Positions 29,459 through 40,861 are shown, counted from the stretch's first letter. The stretch is 64,000 nucleotides of DNA from Candidatus Kapaibacterium sp. (GCA_963665665.1 OY762428.1:1-64000), one strand, 5' to 3'. A program made the numbers and translations. The notes: generated from the sequence alone by a model not told the origin.

Positions 29459-31966
29459 ATGATGCCGATGCAGAAAATACCTGTTATTGTCGCAGTTGTT
29501 ATTATAATAGTTACGGCACTGATTGTTTTTGCATTGAACATGAGAACAATTTCACTTCCACCGGATTTTCAGGACATCGAATCAAACGGATTGGAATCTG
29601 TTGCTAAAGTATTCAGGAATGAACAAAGTATTCCACATATAATTTCCGAGAATGACAACGATTTATTTTTCACGCTTGGGTATTGTCATGCCCAGGACAG
29701 GCTGTGGCAGATGGATTACGATAAGCGCAAAGCAAAAGGCAGGCTAAGCGAGGTATTTGGAAAAAAAACAATTGATATTGATTTTTTTATAAGGCCCTTT
29801 GGGCTTGAAACCCTTTCCAGAAAAATCTATGATTCATTATCAGAAAAAACAAAACAGATTTTGACAAGCTATTCCAACGGGATTAATTCATTTATTGAAA
29901 ATAATGAAAAGAATCTATCTTTTGAATTTGGTACTTTGGATTATTCGCCTGAAAAATGGGTGCCTTATGAAAGTATAATGCTATTAAGATTGTATAGCCT
30001 TGAACAAAACCGTTCGCTTTGGGCAGATATTTGTTTCGGTGAAATTTCTGATAAAATTGGCGTTGAAAAAGCTCTGGAACTGCTCCCTGAATACCCTGAA
30101 AATGCGCCGTTTATTCTTGACGATTCTTCAATTTATAAAGCTCCTGAGATCAGGAAAAAAAATCTGCTGTCGAAAATTGAGAACTATCCTAAAGGCATGT
30201 TTCGATCATTTTCCGAAAGGGCGTTTAAATACAGGGAAAAATCCGGGCTGAAGGGCAGCGCATTCGGATCGAATGCATGGGCTGTTCTGAGAAATAAATC
30301 TGTTGAAAACTCACCGGCTGTTCTCGCTAACGATCCTCATTTTCAGATTAATCTGCCCGCAAGATTTTACCAGATACATCTGACAGGCGCAAACATCAAT
30401 GTAACGGGACTTTCAATTCCGGGAATTCCAATAATATTCAGTGGCAGAAACGACAATATTTCATGGGGTTTTGCGGATATGCCTGCCGACGACCTTGATT
30501 TTTTTATTGAGAAAAGCGATACATCAGAAGATTTTTACCTCCGGAATGATTCGGTACGTCATAAGTATAAATTTAAAAAAGATACTATAAGGATCAAAGA
30601 CAGAATTGATTCTGTTTTTTATATCAGGATTACAGACAGGTCGCCGGTTATTTCCGAATTTCACGATTTGCATTCCAAGGATCATTTAGTTAATCAGACT
30701 GATAATAAGACAGAAGATATTTTTCTTACAAACTATAACCTGACTTATAATTGGGCAGGAAATTTAAACTCAGACGAAATTCTTGCTGCTTATAATATAA
30801 TGAAATCATCCGACCCGGATCAGGTGGAAAAATCATTGAAAAATTGGGGAAATCCGGCAGTTAACTTTATTTATGCCGACAAGAAAGGTAATATTTCAAT
30901 TTTCCCTGCGGGGATGATTCCTGAAAGAAAAGAAAAAACCAATCCTGTGATTCCAAATCCCGGATGGTCATCAGAGTATGGCTGGAAGTCGATATACAGA
31001 ACAAAGGATCTACCAAAAATTTCAAATCCTGATAAAAAATTCCTTTTGGCAGCCAACAATAAAATATCAAGAAACAGTGAGATTTTTATTTCAAATTACT
31101 GGGATTCGGAATCAAGAGCACAAAGAATAGAAATGCTTCTTGAGGAAGTTAAAGAATATAATTACCGGGAAGCTCAGCTTATGCAGCTTGATGTATTATC
31201 CCCCCTTGCAGTAACTATTGTTAATAAAATCATTCCGGTTTTAAAGGAAGATTCGTTGAAATGGAATGGAATTGAATCAGAAGCTTTAGCGAGATTGGAC
31301 AAATGGGATTTTATTATGTCACCGGGAATGCCTGAAGCAACAATATTCAATTCATTTATGGAATCGTTTGTTTACAATACATTCAAAGATGAACTTGATG
31401 AAAGGCTTTATCGTCAGTATATTTCAAATACAAGTTTTCCTTTAAGGAAGATTTCCAACATTATCAATATTAAAAATTCTTCCTGGTTTGATGACGTATT
31501 TACTGAAAAAATCGAAACCAGAGATGACATTATTAAAAAGAGTTTCAAAAATACTATTCAAATGTTAAGAGATTTCTTTGATAATGAACCTATTAACGAA
31601 TGGAAGTACGGACTGATCCATAGCCTTACTTTTAAGCATGTTTTAAGTGATCAGCCGTTATTGAAACCGACTGTTACTGTCGGTCCTTTCCCGATGGGCG
31701 GCAATGCCGGTACGATAAATAACACAGAATGGAGCCTGCTGCAACCTTTTGATGTTACAACCGGGGCATCAATGAGATTTATTGCCGATATGGGTGATTC
31801 ACTGGTCTATACAAGCTTGCCGGGAGGCGTTTCAGGTAATCCTCTCAGTCCTCACTATGCAGATCAGATTCGCTTATGGCTGAACGGAGGATATATTGAA
31901 TTACCGGTTTCAAGAATACCCGGTGAGCGATTTATTGAATCGCTTATTCTCAGGCCATTAAATTAG
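29459..31966 (+). CDS. penicillin acylase family Ntn-hydrolase (N-terminal membrane anchor)
   Basis: IPHI, HAQDRLWQMD, GSNAW (Ser nucleophile), LANDPH, PGGVSGNPLSPHYADQ. Confidence 0.92.
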   Translation: MMPMQKIPVIVAVVIIIVTALIVFALNMRTISLPPDFQDIESNGLESVAKVFRNEQSIPHIISENDNDLFFTLGYCHAQDRLWQMDYDKRKAKGRLSEVFGKKTIDIDFFIRPFGLETLSRKIYDSLSEKTKQILTSYSNGINSFIENNEKNLSFEFGTLDYSPEKWVPYESIMLLRLYSLEQNRSLWADICFGEISDKIGVEKALELLPEYPENAPFILDDSSIYKAPEIRKKNLLSKIENYPKGMFRSFSERAFKYREKSGLKGSAFGSNAWAVLRNKSVENSPAVLANDPHFQINLPARFYQIHLTGANINVTGLSIPGIPIIFSGRNDNISWGFADMPADDLDFFIEKSDTSEDFYLRNDSVRHKYKFKKDTIRIKDRIDSVFYIRITDRSPVISEFHDLHSKDHLVNQTDNKTEDIFLTNYNLTYNWAGNLNSDEILAAYNIMKSSDPDQVEKSLKNWGNPAVNFIYADKKGNISIFPAGMIPERKEKTNPVIPNPGWSSEYGWKSIYRTKDLPKISNPDKKFLLAANNKISRNSEIFISNYWDSESRAQRIEMLLEEVKEYNYREAQLMQLDVLSPLAVTIVNKIIPVLKEDSLKWNGIESEALARLDKWDFIMSPGMPEATIFNSFMESFVYNTFKDELDERLYRQYISNTSFPLRKISNIINIKNSSWFDDVFTEKIETRDDIIKKSFKNTIQMLRDFFDNEPINEWKYGLIHSLTFKHVLSDQPLLKPTVTVGPFPMGGNAGTINNTEWSLLQPFDVTTGASMRFIADMGDSLVYTSLPGGVSGNPLSPHYADQIRLWLNGGYIELPVSRIPGERFIESLILRPLN

Positions 31967-31982
31967 AAAGAAAGAATAGAAT

Positions 31983-32726
31983 ATGGAAGAAATAGTATAT
32001 CATACCAATTATAAACTTGAAGACAATTACTGGTGGTTTGTGGCAAGAAACAGTATCATCAGAGATATAATTGATGAAAAATGCAATCTTAAAGACGGCG
32101 ATGATTTCCTTGATGTGGGCTGCGGAACCGGTGGTTTCACTGCTATGCTTCTTGACAGATTCAACGTGATAGGACTTGATGCCTCTCAAACAGCCCTCGA
32201 GTACAGTAAAAAAAGGGGACTAAAGAATCTTTATGATTGCTACCTTGATTCATTTCCAAAAGAAAAGTGGAATGTAAAAGGTATTTCAATGCTTGATGTG
32301 ATTGAACATATTGAGGATGACCTTGCCGTGGCCAAACAGGCCTATGATATTTTACCGGACGGCGGATGCCTTGTTCTGTCAGTTCCGGCCTATCAGTGGC
32401 TCTGGAGCCGGCATGATGAGATTCACATGCACTATCGCAGATATACCAAAGCAGGAATAAAAAATGTTTTGAAAAAGGCAGGTTTTGAAATTGAGTTTTC
32501 TTCTTATATGAATTTCTTTCTTTTTCCTGCTGCTGTAATCAAGAGGTTTATCGACAAAATTACGGGTGCTGATAAAAAACATGACGCCCCTGTGGATGAA
32601 GTATCAGCAATGATGAACAAAATATTCACAAAGCTGTTTCTTTTTGAAGGAAAATTACTAAAACTATTCCGCTTTCCTGTTGGGGTGAGTGTTTTGATAA
32701 TAGCCCGTAAAAAAAATCCTGACTAA
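31983..32726 (+). CDS. class I SAM-dependent methyltransferase
   Basis: LDVGCGTG, DVIEHI, VPAYQWLWS.HD...HYRRY. Confidence 0.88.
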   Translation: MEEIVYHTNYKLEDNYWWFVARNSIIRDIIDEKCNLKDGDDFLDVGCGTGGFTAMLLDRFNVIGLDASQTALEYSKKRGLKNLYDCYLDSFPKEKWNVKGISMLDVIEHIEDDLAVAKQAYDILPDGGCLVLSVPAYQWLWSRHDEIHMHYRRYTKAGIKNVLKKAGFEIEFSSYMNFFLFPAAVIKRFIDKITGADKKHDAPVDEVSAMMNKIFTKLFLFEGKLLKLFRFPVGVSVLIIARKKNPD

Positions 32727-32733
32727 TCAGGAT

Positions 32734-33354
32734 TTATATATCGCTAAATAAATGTTTTTGCTTTTTCAACTTAGCAAGCATCATCTTCCTTGCTCTGAAC
32801 AGGTGTGCTTTTACAGTACCAAGCGGAAGATCAAGTTTTTCTGATATTTCCTTGTAATCAAGTTCTTCCTCGTGACGCAATTTCACAATTACCCTGTAGT
32901 TTTCAGGCAGGCTGTTAATTGCTTCTTTAAGTATTTTAATTTTTTCGTCGTTCAGTACTGTTTTATCAGGTTGATAACTGGTATCTTTTATCTCAAAATA
33001 GTGTTCGTCCTCGGAATTATCAAGCGGCTGGCTTAATGAAATTGTTTTAAATCTCTTCTTCCTGAGAAAATCGATACATGTATTTGATGCTATCCTGTAA
33101 AGCCATGCCGAAAAAGAATATCCGAACTGAAATGATGCCAATGCCCTGTATGCTTTAATAAAGCTCTCCTGAGTCAGGTCTTCCACGTCATCTTCGTTTC
33201 TAACCATTTTACGAATAAGTGCTGCCACTATCCGGCTGTACTTAGTTTGCAGGAATTCATAGGCAGAATTATCACCGTCAAGGACTTTTCGTATTGCCTG
33301 AAAATCCTCTTCGTGATTATTTTCTTTAGTTTTTTTCCTTCCCTTCTGTTCCAT
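32734..33354 (-). CDS. ECF sigma-70 factor (SigW/RpoE-like)
   Basis: EDLTQESFIKAY, FSAWLYRIA.N.CID, YKEISE.L.LPLGTVKAHLFRAR. ATG at 33354. Confidence 0.92.
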   Translation of the reverse strand: MEQKGRKKTKENNHEEDFQAIRKVLDGDNSAYEFLQTKYSRIVAALIRKMVRNEDDVEDLTQESFIKAYRALASFQFGYSFSAWLYRIASNTCIDFLRKKRFKTISLSQPLDNSEDEHYFEIKDTSYQPDKTVLNDEKIKILKEAINSLPENYRVIVKLRHEEELDYKEISEKLDLPLGTVKAHLFRARKMMLAKLKKQKHLFSDI

Positions 33355-33453
33355 ACAATCCAAAATGTTAAAATTCAGTACTGCCAAAAATAAATATAAG
33401 AATAATTACACAAATAAATGACTGTTTTTTTCAACAAGGTGAAAATCAGATGC

Positions 33454-35184
33454 CTAAGTAATTACAGGCAGCCTGATTATAAATTTTGTCCCTTTTCCCG
33501 GCATGCTTTTCAATGTTATCTTACCATTGTGAGCTAATATAATATGCTTAACAATAGAAAGGCCGAGCCCTGTACCGCCCAGTTTCCTGGATCTTGATTT
33601 ATCAACCGTATAGAAACGTTCGAAAATTCGTTTCCTGTCATCCGACGGGATACCTATTCCCGTATCTTCAACTTCAATAAGGGCTTCGCCATTTACTTTG
33701 CTAACATTTATACTAATTGATCCGGTATCCGTATATTTGATGGCGTTATCAAACAAATTAATCATCACCTGTTCAATTTTGAACATATCAAGTTTTAAAA
33801 TCGGAAAATCTTTTTCTATATGGCATTCGAAACTAAGATTTTTTTCTTTTATCTTCGGCTCATAAATTTTAGTAACATTTTCCAAAATATCATTAAAATT
33901 CACATCCTTCAGAACAAGTTTCGTCCCGGCCTCTTCAATTTCGGATAATACCAGGAGGTCTTTAACAATATTGATTAACCTGTCTGTATGGCGTTTTACG
34001 ATCGAAACATAATATCTGGCTTTATCATCAACTTCATCTTCGAGTGTTTCAATAAATCCTTTTATAGCAGTTAAGGGCGTTCGTAGTTCATGGGATACAT
34101 TGGCAACAATATCACGTTTGATTTTCTCAAGTTCTTTGATATCGGTTATATCATGAAGAAGTATAATTATTTCATCATTCGATTCAATATATTTACCACT
34201 GCAAAGCAGGTATTTATCCGGGAGGTCAATTTCTTTTATTCTGCTGCCCTTTTTATTAACCATTTTACGGAAAAACTTCAGCAGAGTTTTTTCTGAAATG
34301 ATATCTTCAAAATTCTGGCCTTTAACGTAATTTGCTTCAAGTATATCTTCAAACTCACGATTATTATAAAGTATAACTCCCTCTGAATCAAGAACAACAA
34401 AACCTTCCTGGAGTGAATTGATTAAATTATCCATCTGCTCCTTGCTGGCCGTTACTTCCGTGAACAATGTTTCTATCCTCTTTACCATGTAGTTAAAATT
34501 CAGAGCAAGATCACCTATCTCGTCCTTATTATTCATATCTACAAAAGTACTGAAATCGCCGGTTGCAACCTTTTTCGATGCCTGCGCCAGTTTCTTGATA
34601 GGATTTGTAAGGGACCTGGAAAAAAACCAAATACCAATAATTGAAAACAGAAATACAATAACTGTAGTATTAAAGATTCTCTGGGTTATTTTATTGATAA
34701 GATTGTATACTTTTTCGGATAAAAGGCTAACCCTTGATACTGCAATTATTTGTTTTTTCTCATTATAAACAGGTAGTGCCTGGTAAAGCATTTCGGATTT
34801 TAAAGTTGAACTATATCTTAAAGACCTTCCAGAGTTACCGTTCATTGCTTTAATAATTTCAGGCCTGTCTGAATGGTTTTCCATTGTTGCGGTGTTATGC
34901 CTTGAATCAGCAAGAACAACGCCATCAGGGGCAATTATAGTTATCCTTGTGTTTATTTGATCATCCATCACGTTCACAATTGAATCTAATTTTTTGTAAT
35001 CCTTTTGCTGAACAAGTTCCTTTACTTTCAGGATAACAATATGGTTCAGATTATCGAGTTGAAGCTCGAGGTTTTCATGATAATCGGATTCAATTGTCTG
35101 ATAGGAAAAATATAGTATAAGAGATGATAACAGGAGGATTCCAAGAAGAAATCCCCCGAAGATTTTTTGAAAAATTGAAAACAT
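33454..35184 (-). CDS. PhoR-like sensor histidine kinase (HAMP, PAS, HisKA, HATPase)
   Basis: ENHSDRPE, ANVSHELRTPLT, NAIKY, DTGIGI, FERFYTVDKSRSR..GGTGLGL. Confidence 0.9.
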   Translation of the reverse strand: MFSIFQKIFGGFLLGILLLSSLILYFSYQTIESDYHENLELQLDNLNHIVILKVKELVQQKDYKKLDSIVNVMDDQINTRITIIAPDGVVLADSRHNTATMENHSDRPEIIKAMNGNSGRSLRYSSTLKSEMLYQALPVYNEKKQIIAVSRVSLLSEKVYNLINKITQRIFNTTVIVFLFSIIGIWFFSRSLTNPIKKLAQASKKVATGDFSTFVDMNNKDEIGDLALNFNYMVKRIETLFTEVTASKEQMDNLINSLQEGFVVLDSEGVILYNNREFEDILEANYVKGQNFEDIISEKTLLKFFRKMVNKKGSRIKEIDLPDKYLLCSGKYIESNDEIIILLHDITDIKELEKIKRDIVANVSHELRTPLTAIKGFIETLEDEVDDKARYYVSIVKRHTDRLINIVKDLLVLSEIEEAGTKLVLKDVNFNDILENVTKIYEPKIKEKNLSFECHIEKDFPILKLDMFKIEQVMINLFDNAIKYTDTGSISINVSKVNGEALIEVEDTGIGIPSDDRKRIFERFYTVDKSRSRKLGGTGLGLSIVKHIILAHNGKITLKSMPGKGTKFIIRLPVIT

Positions 35185-35187
35185 ATT

Positions 35188-35919
35188 TTACTCTTCCAGT
35201 TTATATCCAACGCCGCGAATATTCTTTATGTATTTACCTGACTCGCCGAGTTTCTCACGAAGGTTCTTGATATGAACATCGACAGTTCTGTCAAGTACTC
35301 CTTTGTCATGTGCTCCGAGATAATCAAGTATCTGATCGCGCGAATATACCCAGCCTTTTCTCTCGGAAAGTAATTTCAGAATTTTGAACTCCGAAGATGT
35401 CAGCTCAACCTTATTTCCCCCAACTTTAACTTCGTACTTATAAAGGTCAATCTGAAGGTCCTCGCCAATTCTGGTTACCTGAGATTTCTGGAGCTTGCTT
35501 TCGCGCCTTAGCACAGCTTTTACCCGTGCAACAAGTTCACGTGGCGAGAATGGTTTGGTTAGGTAATCATCAGCTCCAAGTTCCAGGCCGATAACTTTAT
35601 CCATTTCCTCGCTTTTAGCAGTCAGCATTACAACATAGATACCGGAGAACTCTTCTTCTTTCTTCAGGTATTTACAGAGTTCAAGGCCGTCAGCATCAGG
35701 AAGCATAAGATCCAGTATTACGAGATCAGGAACATTGAATTTAAGAAATTTCATAAAGGATGCTGCGTCCTGAAATTCCTTTACTTTGTAGCCGGCTTTA
35801 ACCAGGTGAAGCGATACAAGTTCAAGGATATCAGGTTCATCGTCAACTACGGCTACCAATTTCGAGCTGGTGTTTTGCAGGAATGGAAGAGAATCAGAAT
35901 TTTTTTCAAAATCGGACAT
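35188..35919 (-). CDS. OmpR/PhoB-family response regulator
   Basis: VVDDE, LDLMLP, GADDYLTKPF, RTVDVHIKNLREKL, RGVGY. Confidence 0.93.
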   Translation of the reverse strand: MSDFEKNSDSLPFLQNTSSKLVAVVDDEPDILELVSLHLVKAGYKVKEFQDAASFMKFLKFNVPDLVILDLMLPDADGLELCKYLKKEEEFSGIYVVMLTAKSEEMDKVIGLELGADDYLTKPFSPRELVARVKAVLRRESKLQKSQVTRIGEDLQIDLYKYEVKVGGNKVELTSSEFKILKLLSERKGWVYSRDQILDYLGAHDKGVLDRTVDVHIKNLREKLGESGKYIKNIRGVGYKLEE

Positions 35920-36021
35920 TTGGTCCCCGACATATTAAAACAATTCAATGGTCAATTATCAAGATTACAAATTTAATTACAATTTTTATAAAAACCGAAT
36001 CGAAGAAATTGTCATTATTAT

Positions 36022-37365
36022 TTATAAATCCTTTATCCACTTGACAATATCAGTAATTATCTCTTCCGAAACATTTAAAAAAATATTATACTCCGAAGGT
36101 GTAGATTGTTCATCCCCTTCCTGAAGCAAATGATTCAAACGAGGATAATTTTTATAAATAATTTTGGGCTTGTCGGATAGATATTTTGAATATAGTGAGT
36201 CGGATTCATGAGCATTTACCTGGTAATCTCTTCCTGTTGCAATTATATACATTGGAGATTCCGTTTTTGAGGCTTCAACGGCAGAATTATAGTCAAGAAG
36301 GTCAATCCAGTAATTTGCAGGAAGTTTAAGCGGAAGGCTGTCTTTCGGTGTATCCGGATAGATTTCTTTATTCAGATATCTTTCTGCAGCCAAATCAGCC
36401 ATGTGGATTTTCATACTGTCATCGGCGCTAATGCTACCATCCAGGCCAAACAGATATCTGTATTGATCGGCTGAAACACTTGGTAGATCCTTAGACAATC
36501 CTGCTATCATAACAAATCCGGCAGCAACAGTATCCATTTTTGCAATTCGTGGTATCATAATACCACCAAGGCTATGCCCGGCTATAAAGATTTTATTTTT
36601 ATTAATTTCTTTGAATTTCAGCAGCAGGTTCGCAGCATACAAAGCATCATAAACTGTTTCTTCATTTACTGTGAGCTTTTCTGCCAGCATTGCTATTGTC
36701 ATCTGGTGAGCTTTAGTCCTTTTATCATAGCGCAGGACTGCTATACCATTTGAAGCAAGTCCGTAAGCCAAATCTTTGAAAGGTTTATTCGGCCCGATGG
36801 TTTCATCCATATCATTTGGCCCTGAACCATGAACAAGCACCACTGCCGGTACGGGTTTGTCAGATATAGGAATACATAACTTCGCTGGGAGTTCCCAGGC
36901 ACTTCCTTCATTTATTTTCAGGTCTGTCTCTCGGAATTTGCTTGTATCAGCATATTTCGGTATTTGATAAACAAGTTTTTCTCCGTTATATTCCTGAAAA
37001 AACAATCCGGAGACTTTAAAGTCCTGCGAAACAACCAACCTCATCAGGATTGAATCTTTTTCAAAAAAAAGGGGCAGGAAATTGATATAGTAAGGCCTCT
37101 GAAAATTAGCATAACCCTGGCCGTATGATCTAAAAGCTCCGTTTTGCATGTTGAGTTGCATCCACATATTAATAAGCGTCGGTAATGGCGCTGCATTCTT
37201 CATTGTCTGATCAAAAAGTTCGTGCGCTTTGGGAGCATCCTGCTCCTGAAGATAATCTATAAATTTCATCGCTATTTTTTTCGATGAATCAATAGCTTTA
37301 TTATCAGCATAAGAATAATTAATGCTGACAATTATTATCAACAGGAACAGGATTGATCTTTTCAT
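36022..37365 (-). CDS. secreted alpha/beta hydrolase with DUF3887-like N-domain
   Basis: VHGSGPNDMDE, LRYDKR, GHSLGG, LNH. Start overlaps the gyrB stop. Confidence 0.85.
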   Translation of the reverse strand: MKRSILFLLIIIVSINYSYADNKAIDSSKKIAMKFIDYLQEQDAPKAHELFDQTMKNAAPLPTLINMWMQLNMQNGAFRSYGQGYANFQRPYYINFLPLFFEKDSILMRLVVSQDFKVSGLFFQEYNGEKLVYQIPKYADTSKFRETDLKINEGSAWELPAKLCIPISDKPVPAVVLVHGSGPNDMDETIGPNKPFKDLAYGLASNGIAVLRYDKRTKAHQMTIAMLAEKLTVNEETVYDALYAANLLLKFKEINKNKIFIAGHSLGGIMIPRIAKMDTVAAGFVMIAGLSKDLPSVSADQYRYLFGLDGSISADDSMKIHMADLAAERYLNKEIYPDTPKDSLPLKLPANYWIDLLDYNSAVEASKTESPMYIIATGRDYQVNAHESDSLYSKYLSDKPKIIYKNYPRLNHLLQEGDEQSTPSEYNIFLNVSEEIITDIVKWIKDL

Positions 37366-39374
37366 TATACATCCAGGTTTTTCACATATTTTGCATTTTT
37401 CTCGATAAATGCCCGGCGTGGTTCAACTTTATCTCCCATAAGTGTCTGGAAAATTCTTGTTGCCCTTGCAGCGTCATCAATGGTTACTTCAAGTAATGTA
37501 CGGGTTTCGGGGTTCATTGTTGTATCCCAAAGCTGATCCGGGTTCATTTCACCAAGGCCTTTGAATCGTGAAATAGTAATGCCATCGTTTGTTTTGCCCT
37601 GAGTGATTTCTTCTTCGTTGATTTCAACGCCTTTTCTTCCGGCGCTTTCTTTCCTTATTCTCCTGATGATCTCATCTCTTTCATCATCGTTGAAAGCGTA
37701 GTACTCTTTCTTTCCTTTCTTTACTTTGTAGAGCGGCGGCTGAGCAATAAACAACCTGCCTGTAGTTATTATATCTCTCATGTAAGTAAAGAATAATGTC
37801 AGTAAAAGGGTACGGATGTGAGAACCGTCCACATCAGCATCAGCCATTAGAATAATTTTACCGTAACGTGATTTTTCGGGGTCAAAATCCTCTTTGAAGC
37901 CGGCACCGATAGCTGTAAAAATAGCTCTGACTTCATCATTTTCAAGAATTTTTGTAATTTTTGCTTTCTGAACGTTCAGGATTTTACCTTTTAGCGGAAG
38001 TATCGCCTGGAATTTCCTGTCTCTGCCCTGTTTGGCAGAACCACCGGCAGAATCACCCTCCACCACGTATATTTCACAGTCTTCGGGAGTTTTAAGCGAG
38101 CAGTCTGCAAGTTTTCCCGGAAGTGTCGAGCTTTCTAATACGGATTTTCGCCTTACAAGGTCTCTTTGCTTGCGGGCAGCAATTCTTGCTTCTGCTGCCA
38201 GCGCTGCTTTTAGGATCACCTTCTTGGCAATTGACGGGTTGGAGTCCAGGAAAACAGCCAGTTTGTCATTAACAATCTGTCGAACAATACCTTCTACTTC
38301 ACCGTTACCAAGCTTTGTCTTGGTCTGTCCTTCAAACTGTGGTTCAGCTATTTTTACCGATATAACAACAGTCAGTCCTTCACGGAAGTCATCACCGCTT
38401 AGCTGGACTTTCGAAAGCTTATTATTTGTGGAATAAGCATTCAAAGTTCTTGTAAGAGCCGACCTGAAACCTGTAACATGTGTTCCGCCTTCAATTGTAT
38501 GGATATTATTAACATAAGAAAGCAGGTTCTCACTGAATCCGTCATTATACTGGAATGCTATTTCAACAACTGTTTCAGCTTTGTCATCACCATTTGAAGA
38601 GCCGGTTATGTATATTGGTTCGTTCAGAGCATTGTTACCTTCATTAAGATATTTAACGAAATCAACAATACCACCATCGTAATGATAAAATTCACTCAGA
38701 TTTTCTTTTTCATCAATTATTTCTATTGTTACTTCGGGATTCAGGAAAGCAAGTTCCCTCAGCCTGTCGCTGACTTTGCTAAATTTGAATTCAACTGTAT
38801 TGAAAACTGTATCGTCCGGATAAAATCTAGTGATATTTCCTGTTTCGCTTGATTCTCCAATTTCCTTCACAGGTGCCTGTGGGATACCCTTGGAATATTC
38901 CTGAGAATAAGCTTTACCGTCTCTTCTTACCTCAACAATACATTTTGAAGATAGTGCATTAACACAGGATACACCCACGCCATGAAGACCGCCGGATACT
39001 TTGTAACTTCCTTTTTCGAATTTACCGCCGGCATGAAGAGTACACATAACAACTTCAAGGGTGGATATTTTTTTCACCGGATGCGGGCCGGTCGGGATAC
39101 CGCGTCCGTTATCCTGAACGGAACAGGAACCGTCTTCATGCAATTTAACAGTAATTTTATCGCAATACCCGGCAAGGGCTTCATCGATCGAGTTATCAAC
39201 AACTTCCTGTATCAGGTGATGAAGTCCGCGGGAACCGACGTCGCCAATATACATGGCAGGCCTTTTCCTTACGGCCTCAAGGCCTTCAAGGACTTTGATG
39301 CTATCCTCGGTATAATTACCATTGCCATTTTCAACCGGATTAACCGATCCGCTATTAAGATTTTGTTCTTCCAT
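37365..39374 (-). CDS. gyrB: DNA gyrase subunit B
   Basis: LEAVRKRPAMYIG, EVVDNSIDE, GGLHGVGVS, EGDSAGG, PLKGK, DADVDG, RFKGLGEMN. Confidence 0.97.
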   Translation of the reverse strand: MEEQNLNSGSVNPVENGNGNYTEDSIKVLEGLEAVRKRPAMYIGDVGSRGLHHLIQEVVDNSIDEALAGYCDKITVKLHEDGSCSVQDNGRGIPTGPHPVKKISTLEVVMCTLHAGGKFEKGSYKVSGGLHGVGVSCVNALSSKCIVEVRRDGKAYSQEYSKGIPQAPVKEIGESSETGNITRFYPDDTVFNTVEFKFSKVSDRLRELAFLNPEVTIEIIDEKENLSEFYHYDGGIVDFVKYLNEGNNALNEPIYITGSSNGDDKAETVVEIAFQYNDGFSENLLSYVNNIHTIEGGTHVTGFRSALTRTLNAYSTNNKLSKVQLSGDDFREGLTVVISVKIAEPQFEGQTKTKLGNGEVEGIVRQIVNDKLAVFLDSNPSIAKKVILKAALAAEARIAARKQRDLVRRKSVLESSTLPGKLADCSLKTPEDCEIYVVEGDSAGGSAKQGRDRKFQAILPLKGKILNVQKAKITKILENDEVRAIFTAIGAGFKEDFDPEKSRYGKIILMADADVDGSHIRTLLLTLFFTYMRDIITTGRLFIAQPPLYKVKKGKKEYYAFNDDERDEIIRRIRKESAGRKGVEINEEEITQGKTNDGITISRFKGLGEMNPDQLWDTTMNPETRTLLEVTIDDAARATRIFQTLMGDKVEPRRAFIEKNAKYVKNLDV

Positions 39375-39419
39375 TTTTTTCTCGATTAGTTATATATGCT
39401 GCTTTATTATTTGCATTAA

Positions 39420-39695
39420 TTATTTAATATAAATTGATTTTACTACATTAGTTCCAAGTTTTTGATTAATTTTTTCCATTAATCCCGCTCTTCTCAGAAA
39501 GAGTTCGGAACGCCAGTTGGAACTCGTAGTCTGAATGTAAAGTGTTCCGTTTTTAAAACTTTGTGCATCAGCATTTGACGCAACTTTTTCGCCAACCACT
39601 TCATTCCATGTATTCCTGATTTTATCAAGAGTAAATTGCTCATCCCAACCATAATTTTTAATAATTTCATCAATAACACTGGCAATTGTTTTCAT
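39420..39695 (-). CDS. DUF721/DciA family protein
   Basis: W.EVVG, L.I...SS.WRSEL, IN..LG. Canonical position between recF and gyrB. Confidence 0.85.
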   Translation of the reverse strand: MKTIASVIDEIIKNYGWDEQFTLDKIRNTWNEVVGEKVASNADAQSFKNGTLYIQTTSSNWRSELFLRRAGLMEKINQKLGTNVVKSIYIK

Positions 39696-40861
39696 TTCTG
39701 ATCTCCGTTTTTATGCGGAGTATTCAAATTTACTCTGCCGGAATCCACTTCAAAGAAATAACAGGAATCCGAAGGCGGAACGAACCGGCTCATCATTTCT
39801 TTGTTAGTAACAGTAATAAATGTTTGTGAACTGTCTCGCGTAACTAATTCCAATACTTTAGATGTACGCTCGCTGTCAAGTTCCGAGAAAATGTCATCAA
39901 GAAGGAATAAGGGATTCTCATTTTTAATATTCTTAAGGTATTCGAACTCAGCAAATTTCAGGCTGATCAGCAGTGATTTGTGCTGCCCCTGGGATGCAGT
40001 ATATCTTGAATTAACTCCGTTGATATTTATTATCAAATCGTCCTTCTGGGGTCCGAACAAAGTTGATCCCCTGGCAAATTCGCGTTCTTTCAAAGCTTCA
40101 GCTGCTTTGTAATATTCCCCGGCAGCATCCTGAACAGCGAAATCATCGGTAAGAACATCATCAGCGATGTGATCCGGGTAATAAATAATTTCAACTTCTT
40201 CCCTGCCACCTGTTACGTCTTTATATACTTCCTTGAAAACTTCGTTAAATTTCCTGATAAACTTATTTCTCCTGACTGCAATCTCTGAACCTGTTTCAAT
40301 CAGAACATCAGTCCAGGCAGGTATAAGTTCGGAAATAGCTCCCCTGAATTTTTGTACATCGGAAAGCATACTGTTTCTCTGCTTCAAACATTTTTTCAAC
40401 TTAACCAGGGAGTCATAATATACTCTTCCGGATTGTGCAAGAACCGAATCCATAAACTGCCTGCGGGCTCCGGGTGAACCTCCGGTTATCTCTTTATGAT
40501 CCGGGGCAAGAGCTACAATTGGAATATTACCGATAATATCTTTCGGATTGAGATTATCTCCGCTGCTATTACTTATTCTTTTTTTCTTGCCTGGCGTAAA
40601 CATCAGGTTTACCTTATGAGGAATGCCGAGGTCATTCCTGGCCTTTGCCCCTGTACGGAAGAAATCAGATTCAAAATTAACGATAGTTGAATCCTGAACA
40701 TTCAGAAAACTTTTAGACAGGCCACACACAGACAAGGCTTCCAAAACAGATGTTTTACCCATTCCGTTCAGGCCGTATAAAACATTCAGCCCCGGTGAAA
40801 ATTCCAATTTCGTGTTCAGGTGATTTCTAAATCCCTGGATTTCCAGACTTTCTACTACCAT
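39692..40861 (-). CDS. recF: DNA replication/repair protein RecF
   Basis: FRN, GLNGMGKTS, RRQFMD, SQGQ, LLDDIFSELD. Confidence 0.95.
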   Translation of the reverse strand: MVVESLEIQGFRNHLNTKLEFSPGLNVLYGLNGMGKTSVLEALSVCGLSKSFLNVQDSTIVNFESDFFRTGAKARNDLGIPHKVNLMFTPGKKKRISNSSGDNLNPKDIIGNIPIVALAPDHKEITGGSPGARRQFMDSVLAQSGRVYYDSLVKLKKCLKQRNSMLSDVQKFRGAISELIPAWTDVLIETGSEIAVRRNKFIRKFNEVFKEVYKDVTGGREEVEIIYYPDHIADDVLTDDFAVQDAAGEYYKAAEALKEREFARGSTLFGPQKDDLIININGVNSRYTASQGQHKSLLISLKFAEFEYLKNIKNENPLFLLDDIFSELDSERTSKVLELVTRDSSQTFITVTNKEMMSRFVPPSDSCYFFEVDSGRVNLNTPHKNGDQK